Below are positions 24,146 to 33,856 of a DNA stretch of 64,000 nucleotides, piece by piece. The number at the start of each line of letters is the position of its first letter. The first letter of the stretch is position 1. The notes under the pieces were generated by a model. That model was given only the letters and a program-made list of their open reading frames with translations. It did no database searches and was not told the DNA's origin. The DNA is taken from contig JACPBG010000004.1 of NCBI GenBank assembly GCA_016180435.1, positions 59,660 to 123,659 on the forward strand, in the 5' to 3' direction. A program made the translations under genes and the position numbers. This stretch comes from Candidatus Sungiibacteriota bacterium (lineage in GTDB: Bacteria; Patescibacteriota; Minisyncoccia; Sungbacterales; HO2-52-23).

Positions 24146-25346
24146 AATTCACCTCGTTTTTAATGTTTGCGCGGTCTTTGGCAAGAAAGGTCTTGAAGGC
24201 GGACCAGATATCCTCTTTGCGCTGGATTTGCACCGTGAGGAAGTTGGGCTCCTGGATCTGCGAGAAATACTGAATCATGCTGCTGCCGTAGTAGCCCGCG
24301 CCCAAGGGCTTGATTTCGCCGTAGCCAAACAGATTGGATATTTTGGCGAGTTCCCGCGCGGAATTTAGCGCGGCGGTATTGTCGGATTCGAAATTGTCGC
24401 CGTCGGAACAGTGAAAGGCGTAAACGTTCCAGAGAGCGGGATGATATCGTTCATTGATGACCTCCAGGGCCTTGTTGTAGCCGGATGAGATAAAGGTTCC
24501 GCCGGATTCGCCCTTGTGGAAAAACTCTTCCTCGGTCACTTCGCGGGCTTCGGTGTGATGGGCGATGAACACGATCTCGACGTTCTGATAGCGCGTGCGC
24601 AGGAATTGGTACAGTAAAAAGAAGAAACTGCGCGCTAGATACTTTTTCATTGTATCCATGGAGCCGGAAGTATCCATGATGGCCATAACTACGGCGTTGG
24701 ATTCGCGCCGCATCTCTTTGACAACATGGTGGTAGCGCAGATCATCCTCGTGAAAAGGAAAGCGCTCGCCGTGAAGATTCGCGGCACCGGAGCGATGTGC
24801 GGATTTTTTGCGTCGTACTCGGGCACGGGCAGTGCGTTTTTTGTCCAAGCGCACGCGGATGCCTTTTTTTCGGAATCCTTTTTGGCGGAGATGGTCTACC
24901 GTCACGATTTCGCGTAAGTGCTTGCGTTCCAGATCCGGCAGTTCCAGGTCTTCGAACATCACTTCAATCAACTCATCGAGGCTGACCTCGGTCTCGTAGT
25001 AATCAACGCCGGCTTGGTCTCCGGCTTGCTGGCCCTGAGCGCCTTTTTTGCCTTGGCCAATGGTTTGTCCGGGCTGCAGGTCACCGTCCCCGCCTTGTCC
25101 CACGCCGGGCGCGTTCTCTCCGTAAACGAAACGGTATTCTTTTACACCTCGAATCGGCACTTTGATCACGCGGTTTTTGTCTTTGCCGATAATGGATTCT
25201 TCGGCGATGATGTCGGCGATGTTGTTACGAATCGCCTCGCGTACTTTCTGGCGGTGGCGCTGGCGATCCCCGGCCGATCGGTCGCTGCGCTGTCCGGAGG
25301 AAGGGTGATATGGCCGAAATATAGTATCCATCCGATAAACCTCCAA
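24138..25346 (-). CDS. YeaH/YhbH-family protein (DUF444, vWA-like)
   Basis: DTSGSMD...YQNVEIVFIAHHTEAREVTEEEFFHKGESGGTFISSGY...WNVYAFHCSDGDN closely parallels E. coli YeaH core. Confidence 0.8.
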   Translation of the reverse strand: MEVYRMDTIFRPYHPSSGQRSDRSAGDRQRHRQKVREAIRNNIADIIAEESIIGKDKNRVIKVPIRGVKEYRFVYGENAPGVGQGGDGDLQPGQTIGQGKKGAQGQQAGDQAGVDYYETEVSLDELIEVMFEDLELPDLERKHLREIVTVDHLRQKGFRKKGIRVRLDKKRTARARVRRKKSAHRSGAANLHGERFPFHEDDLRYHHVVKEMRRESNAVVMAIMDTSGSMDTMKKYLARSFFFLLYQFLRTRYQNVEIVFIAHHTEAREVTEEEFFHKGESGGTFISSGYNKALEVINERYHPALWNVYAFHCSDGDNFESDNTAALNSARELAKISNLFGYGEIKPLGAGYYGSSMIQYFSQIQEPNFLTVQIQRKEDIWSAFKTFLAKDRANIKNEVNYE

Positions 25347-25435
25347 TTGTAAAAGGCCTGTTTCTGTATTCGTAGTAGTATCATAATCGGCAAATAAAGT
25401 CCACGGATAAAAAAAGACACCCTGGCCGGGTGCCG

Positions 25436-27427
25436 TTATTTAAAAATTCGTCTGGCGTAGCTTAACAGGTTCTGCCAGCAACACTCCCGGTATCCTCTAT
25501 TCTGCAATAGTTCTTTCTTTATTTTGTCTAGGTTCTGCTTGGCTTTGTTGGGGTCAATCCCTTTGTCTTTCTCTTGATCCAGTGAATTCCAACATACTGC
25601 ACGCCTCACTATATCGTGATATTCGCTTATGATTTGCTTGGTCACCGCTTCTTCGAGCGGCAGATGGCTATCAAAATCATACGGCGGATCTCCCGGCAGG
25701 TTAGAATCCACACATTTTCTGAAATCATCGGCAGCTACTCCAATCACCGCGATTTGTTCCTCAATCTTTTCAAGAAAGTCCCGATTTGGATCTATGCACG
25801 TCACCTTGTTTTCGGCGTCCCGGATTTCAACTTTTTGTTTTTTTAAAAGGGCTTTCGTGTGAACCGCATAATCGTTGAAATACGTTTTTTGCCGCTCGGT
25901 GAATGCGGAGGATCCGACATGGCCGCGTACCAAATCTTCAAAGGCGCGATCTTGATACCAATCCCCCTCCAGCGGCGCGTGATCATATTCTCCCGATGAA
26001 TTCTTATCAATGGGGACCCACTTTTTTATCCGCGCCAAAGAGTCGCTTTCAAGGTTTTCAAAATTGGCTTCACGAATCGTCCTGATAAATTGGTTGATGC
26101 CTATGCAATTGTTCTGTTGCCCGGCCAACGCCATCAGATTGCCACCTTGGCGCATAGTCAGGCCGCGCGTTCCGTCTTTAGGCCTTTTATCACAGAGTTC
26201 TCGAAAACTATGTTTGACGAGGAATTTTCTATCGTCAGAAATCATGGCGCCGCCGCCGTAAAAAAGCGCCGCCTCGGCATTTTCGAGCTTCAGCTTATAT
26301 GGATAGTTATCCGTGTCAAGACGAGATGCGGTTATTACCTGACAGGCGGCCTCCTCTACCCACGGGACAAAGTGAAAACTGCGTCCCTCACTCATTGATT
26401 CTTTGCGCTGAATCTTAAGTTCCGCAACCGGATCCATAACCATAGGAAATGTTACGGAAACCACTCGATCAATGAGCGCGTCCTCTTTTGGAAACGCCTC
26501 TTTGATCGTTTTATTACTAATGCTTACAACCGCTATGTCCGGCCACCAGTCGGTTTGATCCCGGCCCTTGAACCAGCCGTCGCTGACCATCCGGCTTAAC
26601 CTGCCGCAAAATTCTAGGTTTTGTGCGGGAAAGTCAACAAAGAAAAGCCCACCGTTGGCCAAATCAATTACTCGGTACCAATCCTCCGGAATTTTTGAAA
26701 CCCTGCCTTCCTTGTCAAATTCCGGTTCAGTCAACCTCCCCTCGATCTGCAACATCCCGATACCTGCCCCCAGGCGGTATTCAGATGATTTTACCGGCAT
26801 ATTTTCCCATTTTCCGCCAAATTCATTTTGAAAACGCTCTTCGCATCCTCGACACAGCCGTCCTCGAAAACGAGACAGGCGAGAAGCTATATTTTCATGG
26901 CATAACACCTTTTGAATATCATCCCGCGGGTGTCCTATTTTTTTCCGCAGTGTACGCGGAATGGCGTTTAACGGATGCTCGTGGTGCGGACATTCCTCAA
27001 GGTAAAAAAAGCTTTCTTCTTCCATTTTGTCCGCGATGAGTTTCAGCCACGTTGTCTTTCCTACCCCGGTTTTGCCGGTGACCTCGAGTATTCTCCGCTC
27101 CATGGCTCCGCCGGATGCTGCTTGTCTGAAGAATTCGCCTGTTTCCGCCAAATAGGGATCAATGCCGACAAGTTCATTTTTGAACAAAGGAAAACGCATA
27201 TACTGCGGCGGTTGATTGTGAAACAGATTTTTCTCACGCGGGGCCTTGAGCTCCGATAGGATTTCCGGCCCCTCCCCGTTTATAGTCGAGGAAATCGCTT
27301 TCCATACTTTGCTGTATGCGCGATCAAGCAGTTCGGGTTTTTCCTGGGCGCACCTTAAAAGGTCTCCAATTGTTTTGATTTCGCTTGACATTTTGTCAGC
27401 TCCTTTTCCGATTCTGATTTTATTCAA
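25436..27427 (-). CDS. PrkA-like paralog (divergent PrkA-family AAA/serine-kinase-like protein)
   Basis: Walker A VTGKTGVGKTTWL, CP..H..PL, FGGKWENMP, FLEKIEEQIAVIGVAADDFRKCV all parallel motifs in the adjacent canonical PrkA. Confidence 0.7.
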   Translation of the reverse strand: MNKIRIGKGADKMSSEIKTIGDLLRCAQEKPELLDRAYSKVWKAISSTINGEGPEILSELKAPREKNLFHNQPPQYMRFPLFKNELVGIDPYLAETGEFFRQAASGGAMERRILEVTGKTGVGKTTWLKLIADKMEEESFFYLEECPHHEHPLNAIPRTLRKKIGHPRDDIQKVLCHENIASRLSRFRGRLCRGCEERFQNEFGGKWENMPVKSSEYRLGAGIGMLQIEGRLTEPEFDKEGRVSKIPEDWYRVIDLANGGLFFVDFPAQNLEFCGRLSRMVSDGWFKGRDQTDWWPDIAVVSISNKTIKEAFPKEDALIDRVVSVTFPMVMDPVAELKIQRKESMSEGRSFHFVPWVEEAACQVITASRLDTDNYPYKLKLENAEAALFYGGGAMISDDRKFLVKHSFRELCDKRPKDGTRGLTMRQGGNLMALAGQQNNCIGINQFIRTIREANFENLESDSLARIKKWVPIDKNSSGEYDHAPLEGDWYQDRAFEDLVRGHVGSSAFTERQKTYFNDYAVHTKALLKKQKVEIRDAENKVTCIDPNRDFLEKIEEQIAVIGVAADDFRKCVDSNLPGDPPYDFDSHLPLEEAVTKQIISEYHDIVRRAVCWNSLDQEKDKGIDPNKAKQNLDKIKKELLQNRGYRECCWQNLLSYARRIFK

Positions 27428-27558
27428 AAGTTAACGTGCTGGGTTAGATATACGACATAATTATATAAAATACAAGGGCGTCTCGTACCAAATAAAATTC
27501 CCGTCACGTAAACGTAACGGGCTACTAAGTTCTAAGATCTAAGTTCTTGGTGCTTGTC

Positions 27559-29493
27559 TTAATCTTTCCACAGGTTATTGGCCGCGTATTTGAGAATCAC
27601 GTCCACGCAGCTCGGGCAGTATCCATGCTCAAGGAGATTTTTGGTCATCATGTCGTATTTTTCCGTTTGCTCCGTGTCGCGCATGCGCGACTTGGTGATA
27701 ACCCGGCTTAGGTCGCGCACCGAAGTGATGAGTTTTTTCTCAATGGCCTCTTTGAGTGGCTCGTAACTGCGGAAGTCAATCTTTTCTTCGCGCCGCTTGG
27801 CTGCCCATAGATAGGAGATCACTTCCTGGCGGAATCCGTCGGCGGCCGAGCCGATGATGGCGATTTGCTCCTCGATTGATTTCATGAATCCTTCGTCGGG
27901 CGCCAACTCTTCTTTGGTGTTGCGATCCTTTACTTTGCTCTTGTTAACGTAGGCCTCGGCGTGATCCAGGTAATTCTGGAATAGCGCCTCCGCCTGCTCC
28001 TGGTAGGAATAGACAAACGCGCGGGTAATCTCCTTTTCCAGCACCTCAAGGTACTCCTTGTGCAGTGTATCCTGGAGAAACTCCAGATACTGCTTGCGCA
28101 TTTCGTCCGACAGATCAGCTTCCTTCACCATGTTGATCAGCGCTTCCCGAACATTGATGGGGTTGATGCAGTTGCCAGCGGTATTGTCGGTGAGCGCGTT
28201 ATCCAAGGCCTTCATTATGAAGCGCGTGGAAATACCGTTCATGCCTTCGCGTTTGGCTGCCTCGCGCAATTCCTGTACATCAACTTTCTTGGTGCGCCCC
28301 TTCTCAAGCACCTCTTCGCCGTTATACAGCTTCAGCTTGGTCATGAGGTCGCACTTGTTGGTGGGCTCCAGGCGCGACAGGATCGCGAACATGGAGGCGA
28401 CCTCCAGGGTGTGCGGCGCCACGTGGGCGCGGAAGTCGGAGTTGCGGATGATCTTCTGATAAATTTTAACTTCTTCGGAGAGGCGCAGGTTGTAGGACAC
28501 GCGAATCACCACAATGCGATCCAGAATCGCTTCGTTGGTGTGGTCTCCCTTGAATTTCTGCCACTCAGCCTCGTTGGAATGGGCCACGATAACTGTGTCC
28601 ACATAGACCAATCCGTGGCGGCCGGGCGCGGGCACAACCTTTTCTTGGGTCGCCGTGATCATGCAATGGAGATACTCGATTTCGTTTTTGAAAACCTCAA
28701 TGAACTCAACTATGCCGCGGTTGCCAACATTAAGCGCGCCATTTAGTTCCAGGACCCGCGGATCGCCCTCGGAATAGAGATCCAACTTCGAGATATCTTC
28801 GCTGCCGATCAGTACGGAAGTATCTTGGTTATTGGAATCCACAGGCGGAACCGATGCGGTACCGACCCGCGCGCGTTTGGAAAATTCCACGGTAGTAATT
28901 GGGAAGTCCTCATACTTGCCGCCGAACTCTTCTTTAAGCCGATAACGGCAGACCGGACACAGGTCGCCTTCAATGTGAATTCCCAGCATCTTTTCAAATT
29001 CTTTTCTCAAGTGGCGCGGTATCAAATGCAGGGGCTCTTCGAACATCGGACAGCCATCAATGGCGAAGATGGGATCGCTTGCCTCCAGGCCTCGATTCAG
29101 TTTTTCCGCAAGCGAGCTTTTGCCGGAACCCACCGGACCCATCAGATAGAGCACCTGGCGGCTTTCTTCACCTTTGAGCGATGCGGCGTGGAAGTAGCGC
29201 ACGATCTGGCTGACTATTTTCTCGATGCCGAAGAACTCATCGGTGAAGAAATCGTAAACCTTGATTGACTCGTCTTTGAAAAGACGTTTAACGTGGGGGT
29301 CGGTGCTTTCCTGAATGTCGCGGACGCCTGCTTTGACGATGATGTCATAAAAACGGGCGTGAGCCAGCTTGGCGATGGAGGGATCTTCCTTGATCTTGTC
29401 GAGGTAGCCGAGTAGCTTCCCGCTCCAATCATTTCGCCTATGGTGTGTTTCTCGGTCCTGTCTGATCAGTTCTCTGTATTCGTCTTCGCTCAT
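27559..29493 (-). CDS. prkA: PrkA-family serine protein kinase (YeaG-like)
   Basis: LYLMGPVGSGKSSLAEKL, FGGKYEDFP, NGALNVGNRGIVEFIEVFK, HCMITATQEK, IVAHSNEAEW, EEQIAIIGSAADGFRQEV. Confidence 0.85.
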   Translation of the reverse strand: MSEDEYRELIRQDRETHHRRNDWSGKLLGYLDKIKEDPSIAKLAHARFYDIIVKAGVRDIQESTDPHVKRLFKDESIKVYDFFTDEFFGIEKIVSQIVRYFHAASLKGEESRQVLYLMGPVGSGKSSLAEKLNRGLEASDPIFAIDGCPMFEEPLHLIPRHLRKEFEKMLGIHIEGDLCPVCRYRLKEEFGGKYEDFPITTVEFSKRARVGTASVPPVDSNNQDTSVLIGSEDISKLDLYSEGDPRVLELNGALNVGNRGIVEFIEVFKNEIEYLHCMITATQEKVVPAPGRHGLVYVDTVIVAHSNEAEWQKFKGDHTNEAILDRIVVIRVSYNLRLSEEVKIYQKIIRNSDFRAHVAPHTLEVASMFAILSRLEPTNKCDLMTKLKLYNGEEVLEKGRTKKVDVQELREAAKREGMNGISTRFIMKALDNALTDNTAGNCINPINVREALINMVKEADLSDEMRKQYLEFLQDTLHKEYLEVLEKEITRAFVYSYQEQAEALFQNYLDHAEAYVNKSKVKDRNTKEELAPDEGFMKSIEEQIAIIGSAADGFRQEVISYLWAAKRREEKIDFRSYEPLKEAIEKKLITSVRDLSRVITKSRMRDTEQTEKYDMMTKNLLEHGYCPSCVDVILKYAANNLWKD

Positions 29494-29583
29494 CTTTTTT
29501 CTCCTTGTTTTGTGGCCAATATTGAGTTACCAAAGATCACATTACGTAAGCGCACTATAGCGCAAACCCCCATAAAAAGTCAA

Positions 29584-29684
29584 CCCCGTTAGAAGTTTGG
29601 TCCTGAAATCTCCATACGATTCAAATAATCCAACTATTATTGTGATGACGCATACACCGGGTGAGGATTACACTTCTAACGGGG
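29584..29684. repeat. RPE-like palindromic element family 1, intergenic copy
   Basis: CCCCGTTAGAAGT ... ACTTCTAACGGGG termini. Confidence 0.8.
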
Positions 29685-29929
29685 TCAACCCCCCAGTTTT
29701 GTACAATACGAGATTAGCCCCAAATAATCCTTAACTATACGGTATCAAAGGTAATTCCTCGACTCGCTCGGCTCGCTTGGAGAATATTGTTCGAGTTTAT
29801 CGAGAACCTTCCTAAGGTAACCGCGCAGCAAGCTGACGCGGAATTATCAAGTTAAAAAACCCATGAAATTCCATGGGCCCATTTTATTGAGGTGAAGACG
29901 GGGCGAGCAAGCCCGCGGTTTTCTGGGGC

Positions 29930-29962
29930 GCGGATAAAAAATCGGGCGAGGCCCGATTAAAT
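29930..29962 (-). terminator. rho-independent terminator downstream of Pup-like locus (AATCGGGCctcGCCCGATT + T-run on minus strand)
   Basis: hairpin followed by TTTTTTATCC on coding strand. Confidence 0.6.
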
Positions 29963-31674
29963 TAACTCATATTTATTTCATCTTCATTTTCCGGATGTGT
30001 ATCGGATATCGCCGGTCTGAATTTTTTGGCGGCGCGATTTACTTGCGCCAGCGCTTTTCTGTCGCGGGCGGATATTTTGTAACGCTCCGGGTCGAGGTTT
30101 TTGATATATAGGATTTTGGCGGATCTCTTGCCTGCATTAAATACAAAAGTAAACTCTTCCCAAACAGAGTCAACCAGGCATTTTTTATCGAGCTCGCGGG
30201 AAAAAATTATCCGGAGTATTTCTTCGCGCCAGTTAGCGCGCGTGCGTTCCGGCGGATTTTGCGTGGCCCACCTGACAAGATTTTCCGGAAATAATTTTTT
30301 AATAAGGCCGGCGCGAAGATACTGGCCGTAGGGACTTTGGGCGGTGTCCATGAATGCGTACTCGGATATGAACTCAAGAATATCTCGCAAAACATCCTGG
30401 TTGGAAGATGTGGGGATTTTTCCAACCGGCCGTTCTTCGCCGCGCGGCAGGATAGCTTCCGGATCAAACCCTCGGCTTTTCAGATACGGCATGATAAAAT
30501 AATGCAAAATCGCGGCCCAATCCAGGAATTGCGCAAGATACGGGAGGTCCCAGTGGGCGATCGCATCAATTATGTTTTCCCAGAGATTAAGGGCAAGTTT
30601 CCGTTCCGGGCTGAAGGATTGGCGTCCCGGCCCCGCAAAAAATTCCTGCGCCTGTTTTATGTAGAAGCGCTGGAAATCAAGCGCGTTCCAGCGTAAACCC
30701 TCTTCCAGAAGCGAAACCGGATTTTTTGATCCGGGGTCGGCGTTAAAAAAAAGCGAGGCCTCGAATAAATCCATCGGATAAATGTTCGGCGGGATCTTTA
30801 GAAATTTCTCTTCGGCCATGGTCAGAATAATGTCCAGCGTTGCATATTTCAAAAACAATTGCCATGCGGACATCGTGGAATTTCCTGACACATCATGGTG
30901 GCGTCTCCATCTCGTTTTGTCTGCGTATTGAGAATCTTTTTTTGAGAAGAAACTGGGTTTGTCTTCGGCCTTCCTGTTATTTTTCATGACCTCGGCGCGT
31001 TGGGAGAGGACAAACTGCAGGGTGTTGTCCGTTGCATTGATTTTTATCCAGCCGTTTCCAATAAGGCACCAGCGCGATATTAAAAACGGTATAATTAATT
31101 CGAAAAAATCACTGCGTTTGGAAAAGACCGATTTTTTTACCAAATAATTGGCATGCGAGCCCCAGCTGTTAACATCTAAATCCACCATCGGATACAATTC
31201 CACGTCGTAACAACAATTTCGGTTGGTCTTATAAAGTTTGAAATCCAAACCGGTTTTTCTTTTCAGGCGCCGCATCATCTGCGTCATAATCTGGAGCCCC
31301 GCGCTCTCAAAAAGCGCAAGTTCCAGGGCGCCCAGGCACTCCGGAGTGGAATATTCCACATGTTCGTTATCTATATAGATGATTCCTTGATTAGGAAGAA
31401 CGGCTTTGGGACGCCGGTTTGAGAAGCTGTCGTCATCCGGGTTGATTAGCCGGCGGCGGTCTTGTTTTGAAACCGCAGCGCGCAGAATCAATGGCTGATT
31501 TTCCGATTCCTTGACAAGAAGAAAAGGCTCCGGCGAACTTAATTCATTTTCGGCGCCCATGATGCGATGGATTATTCTTTCGGTTTTTTGCGAACCCATG
31601 CGTGTACCGTATTGAATTGGCAAGTTCCTGAATAAAGCATCGCAAGATATACGAAATAAAGCAAGCGGCGGCAT
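29962..31674 (-). CDS. PafA/Dop-family (Pup ligase/deamidase family) homolog 2; start may be internal Met (~31599)
   Basis: RIMGAENE (cf. RIMGIETE), IYIDNEHVEYSTPEC (cf. LYLDVGSHPEYATAEC), WGSHANYLV (GCHENYL), FVLSQRAE (LSQRA), RRHHDVSGNSTMS (RRLHVIVGDSNMS). Confidence 0.7.
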   Translation of the reverse strand: MPPLALFRISCDALFRNLPIQYGTRMGSQKTERIIHRIMGAENELSSPEPFLLVKESENQPLILRAAVSKQDRRRLINPDDDSFSNRRPKAVLPNQGIIYIDNEHVEYSTPECLGALELALFESAGLQIMTQMMRRLKRKTGLDFKLYKTNRNCCYDVELYPMVDLDVNSWGSHANYLVKKSVFSKRSDFFELIIPFLISRWCLIGNGWIKINATDNTLQFVLSQRAEVMKNNRKAEDKPSFFSKKDSQYADKTRWRRHHDVSGNSTMSAWQLFLKYATLDIILTMAEEKFLKIPPNIYPMDLFEASLFFNADPGSKNPVSLLEEGLRWNALDFQRFYIKQAQEFFAGPGRQSFSPERKLALNLWENIIDAIAHWDLPYLAQFLDWAAILHYFIMPYLKSRGFDPEAILPRGEERPVGKIPTSSNQDVLRDILEFISEYAFMDTAQSPYGQYLRAGLIKKLFPENLVRWATQNPPERTRANWREEILRIIFSRELDKKCLVDSVWEEFTFVFNAGKRSAKILYIKNLDPERYKISARDRKALAQVNRAAKKFRPAISDTHPENEDEINMS

Positions 31675-31710
31675 GAAAAAACGGGGAATATTCCCCGTAG
31701 AAATAAGTAT

Positions 31711-31911
31711 TTATTCGCCTTTTTCCTGTATGTGGCGGCGCCTTTTGCGTCGGGCCTTTTTCTTCAGATCCTTCTTGTTTTTCTTGAGTACCTCGTTGAT
31801 CCTTTTCTTTATTTCCTCCGCTTCCTCAACTGTGGCTCCAGGATTATTTATCACACCCCGCTCGGGGATATTGAATTCCGGGCGCTCTATTTTCTCGCGT
31901 TTTACCGGCAT
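31711..31911 (-). CDS. candidate Pup/UBact-like small protein modifier (66 aa, ends -QEKGE)
   Basis: located between two PafA/Dop homologs; helical segment ATVEEAEEIKKRINEVLKKN resembles Pup Mpa-binding helix TEETDDLLDEIDDVLEENAE; C-terminal Gly-Glu like Pup -GGQ/-GGE. Confidence 0.5.
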   Translation of the reverse strand: MPVKREKIERPEFNIPERGVINNPGATVEEAEEIKKRINEVLKKNKKDLKKKARRKRRRHIQEKGE

Positions 31912-31974
31912 AAAGACCTAATTTGCGCATATTTATCGGTTCTCATAACATTTTACGCCATATCCGAAAAATCA

Positions 31975-33567
31975 TCAAACGCAGAATTTCACAACTTTAA
32001 CCGGAATCATTCTTTCGGCATCGGCCAGAAATTTTTCAAGCGGCAGAGCCAGAAGCTGATCGGCAACTCCTTGGTTCCACATAAGAGTCGGGTCTTGGAA
32101 ATAAAGTTCTGCGCGGACAGTTCTTTTGGCCGGATTTTTAAATGAAATCATGTGCCAATAATTAGAGTCCGCAATATTTTTTTTGAAGCGGCGCGCCACA
32201 TTCATAATCCAGCGCGAGCGGGTTAGGGGCGGGGCGCCCACGGCGCCGTTGATATCCTGGTCGTGCGTAATGCGTCCGTTTTTGGCGAAAATTTCGCGCT
32301 GGAACACGCTTTCCGGATCATTATCATGGTATTCGTAGTCAAGCCCCATGGCTAAATCGCTTTTCCAGCCCCCTCGCTCTTGGGAGACGGCGTTTTGTAT
32401 GAATAGGAATTTGGTCGGCCAATCCAAAACGCCATAAAGCGATTCGTAGTCGCGCCGGAAAAGTTTTTTAAGAATATCGGCCAGGCGCGCTAAAACATCA
32501 TAAAGCACTTCATTTTCCGGATGATATTCATCCAGATAATTTCCGAAAAGTTCGTAATAATCCCAAAGGCAATCAAGCGCGAGGCGCGTTCTTTTTTTAT
32601 TTCGCAAAGTAACGCGGTGCGTCATGTCAAGCGAGCGCGAAATTGCCCAAAATTCTTTAACAGGATCCATGAGGGCGAAGCGGTTGTCCAGTACCTCATC
32701 CTCAAGCATCATAAAAAGTATGGATGTTAAGCCAATTTTGAGATACTCCGGAATTTCCAGCATATTGGAATCGCCGGGAATAACATGTATTCGGCGGAAG
32801 CGTCCGGCGTCGGCATACGGAGCGTCGCGGGTGTTATATATTCCCCGATCCTCCATGGTGTCCAGTCCCCACTCGCAGGTGAAAAAATCAGCGCGCTGGG
32901 AAATCTGGTAAGGCGCCTCCGGGGTGCAGTTGTCTGCCCCGATTTTGCCGGCTCCGATAAGAGGCGTGCGCAACACCAGCCACGGCACCGTATGCGATAT
33001 TAATTTTTCTAAAGGAATCCGGCGCAAAACCGTATAATTTTCGTGGCAAGCAAAAGAGTTGCGGGCGCCGGAGCCAGGAATATAATCTTGCGGTTTTCCG
33101 GCAACGTTATTTCTAATTACGGCGTATTTTTTTCTGTGAACCTCCTCGTGTTTTTTTCGCAAGAAATCAATTATGCGGTAACAGGCGCGATTCCAGGTAA
33201 TGAGCATTTTCGGATCAGAGCAGATCGGAGTTGAAATCTCGACATGCGCGCCATCAAGATATAGCCGGGCGCCGTTGGCAAGCAATATATTTTCACGCGA
33301 GCACCAGGAGTTCTCCTCAAAAAAATCATGATTTTTAGCGTCAGCATTTTTGGAAAGATCGCTAAACAACTCCGCTCGTATTTGCGGGCTTAATCTCTCC
33401 TGCGGATTCCACGGGATCATGCATGCATCCGGCATCCATTCGGGTTGGATGGATTGAATGAATTTGGCGTTGGCCGATATAGGGCCTGCGCGGGATGACA
33501 GATCAATGATCCCGAATTCGGTTTCAATCCCGCACATCTTGGGAATGGCGCGTGATTCTTTTGGCAT
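31975..33567 (-). CDS. PafA/Dop-family homolog 1 (clear member)
   Basis: MCGIETEFGI, NGARLYLDGAHVEISTP, FACHENY, ISQRADF, YNTRDAPYADAGRFRRIHVIPGDSNM. Confidence 0.85.
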   Translation of the reverse strand: MPKESRAIPKMCGIETEFGIIDLSSRAGPISANAKFIQSIQPEWMPDACMIPWNPQERLSPQIRAELFSDLSKNADAKNHDFFEENSWCSRENILLANGARLYLDGAHVEISTPICSDPKMLITWNRACYRIIDFLRKKHEEVHRKKYAVIRNNVAGKPQDYIPGSGARNSFACHENYTVLRRIPLEKLISHTVPWLVLRTPLIGAGKIGADNCTPEAPYQISQRADFFTCEWGLDTMEDRGIYNTRDAPYADAGRFRRIHVIPGDSNMLEIPEYLKIGLTSILFMMLEDEVLDNRFALMDPVKEFWAISRSLDMTHRVTLRNKKRTRLALDCLWDYYELFGNYLDEYHPENEVLYDVLARLADILKKLFRRDYESLYGVLDWPTKFLFIQNAVSQERGGWKSDLAMGLDYEYHDNDPESVFQREIFAKNGRITHDQDINGAVGAPPLTRSRWIMNVARRFKKNIADSNYWHMISFKNPAKRTVRAELYFQDPTLMWNQGVADQLLALPLEKFLADAERMIPVKVVKFCV

Positions 33568-33649
33568 ATTCCGCCCCTTTTAAAAAGCTGATCCCAGCGT
33601 AGCAGGTTTTGGGCCAAAATAAAATACCCCCGCGCGCTGCGTAGGGGCG

Positions 33650-33856
33650 TTATTTTGGATGGTTGCGATTTTCGCGGATGTCCTGGAATCTTCGGAGCAT
33701 CGCTTTTTGGGCGGATTCCAAAATATCAGACCGCAGGATTTTGAGCGATTGGTCAGTTCCGTGTTCAAGCCGTTTTAGTGCGGCCAGCTTGGCATTGCGG
33801 ACCGTTTCCTCGATCATGGCGCCGGTTATTACGTCAATTCCCTGTGACCTTTGCAT
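33650..33856 (-). CDS. small hypothetical helical protein overlapping AAA gene 3' end
   Basis: ORF only. Confidence 0.25.
   Translation of the reverse strand: MQRSQGIDVITGAMIEETVRNAKLAALKRLEHGTDQSLKILRSDILESAQKAMLRRFQDIRENRNHPK

Noticed and set aside
28060-28746. 228-aa plus-strand ORF
   Set aside because: Lies entirely inside the prkA coding region on the opposite strand; shadow ORF
33650-33856. 68-aa ORF as the Pup-like tag
   Set aside because: Ends in ...NRNHPK with no C-terminal Gly-Gln/Glu; the 66-aa ORF at 31711-31911 fits better
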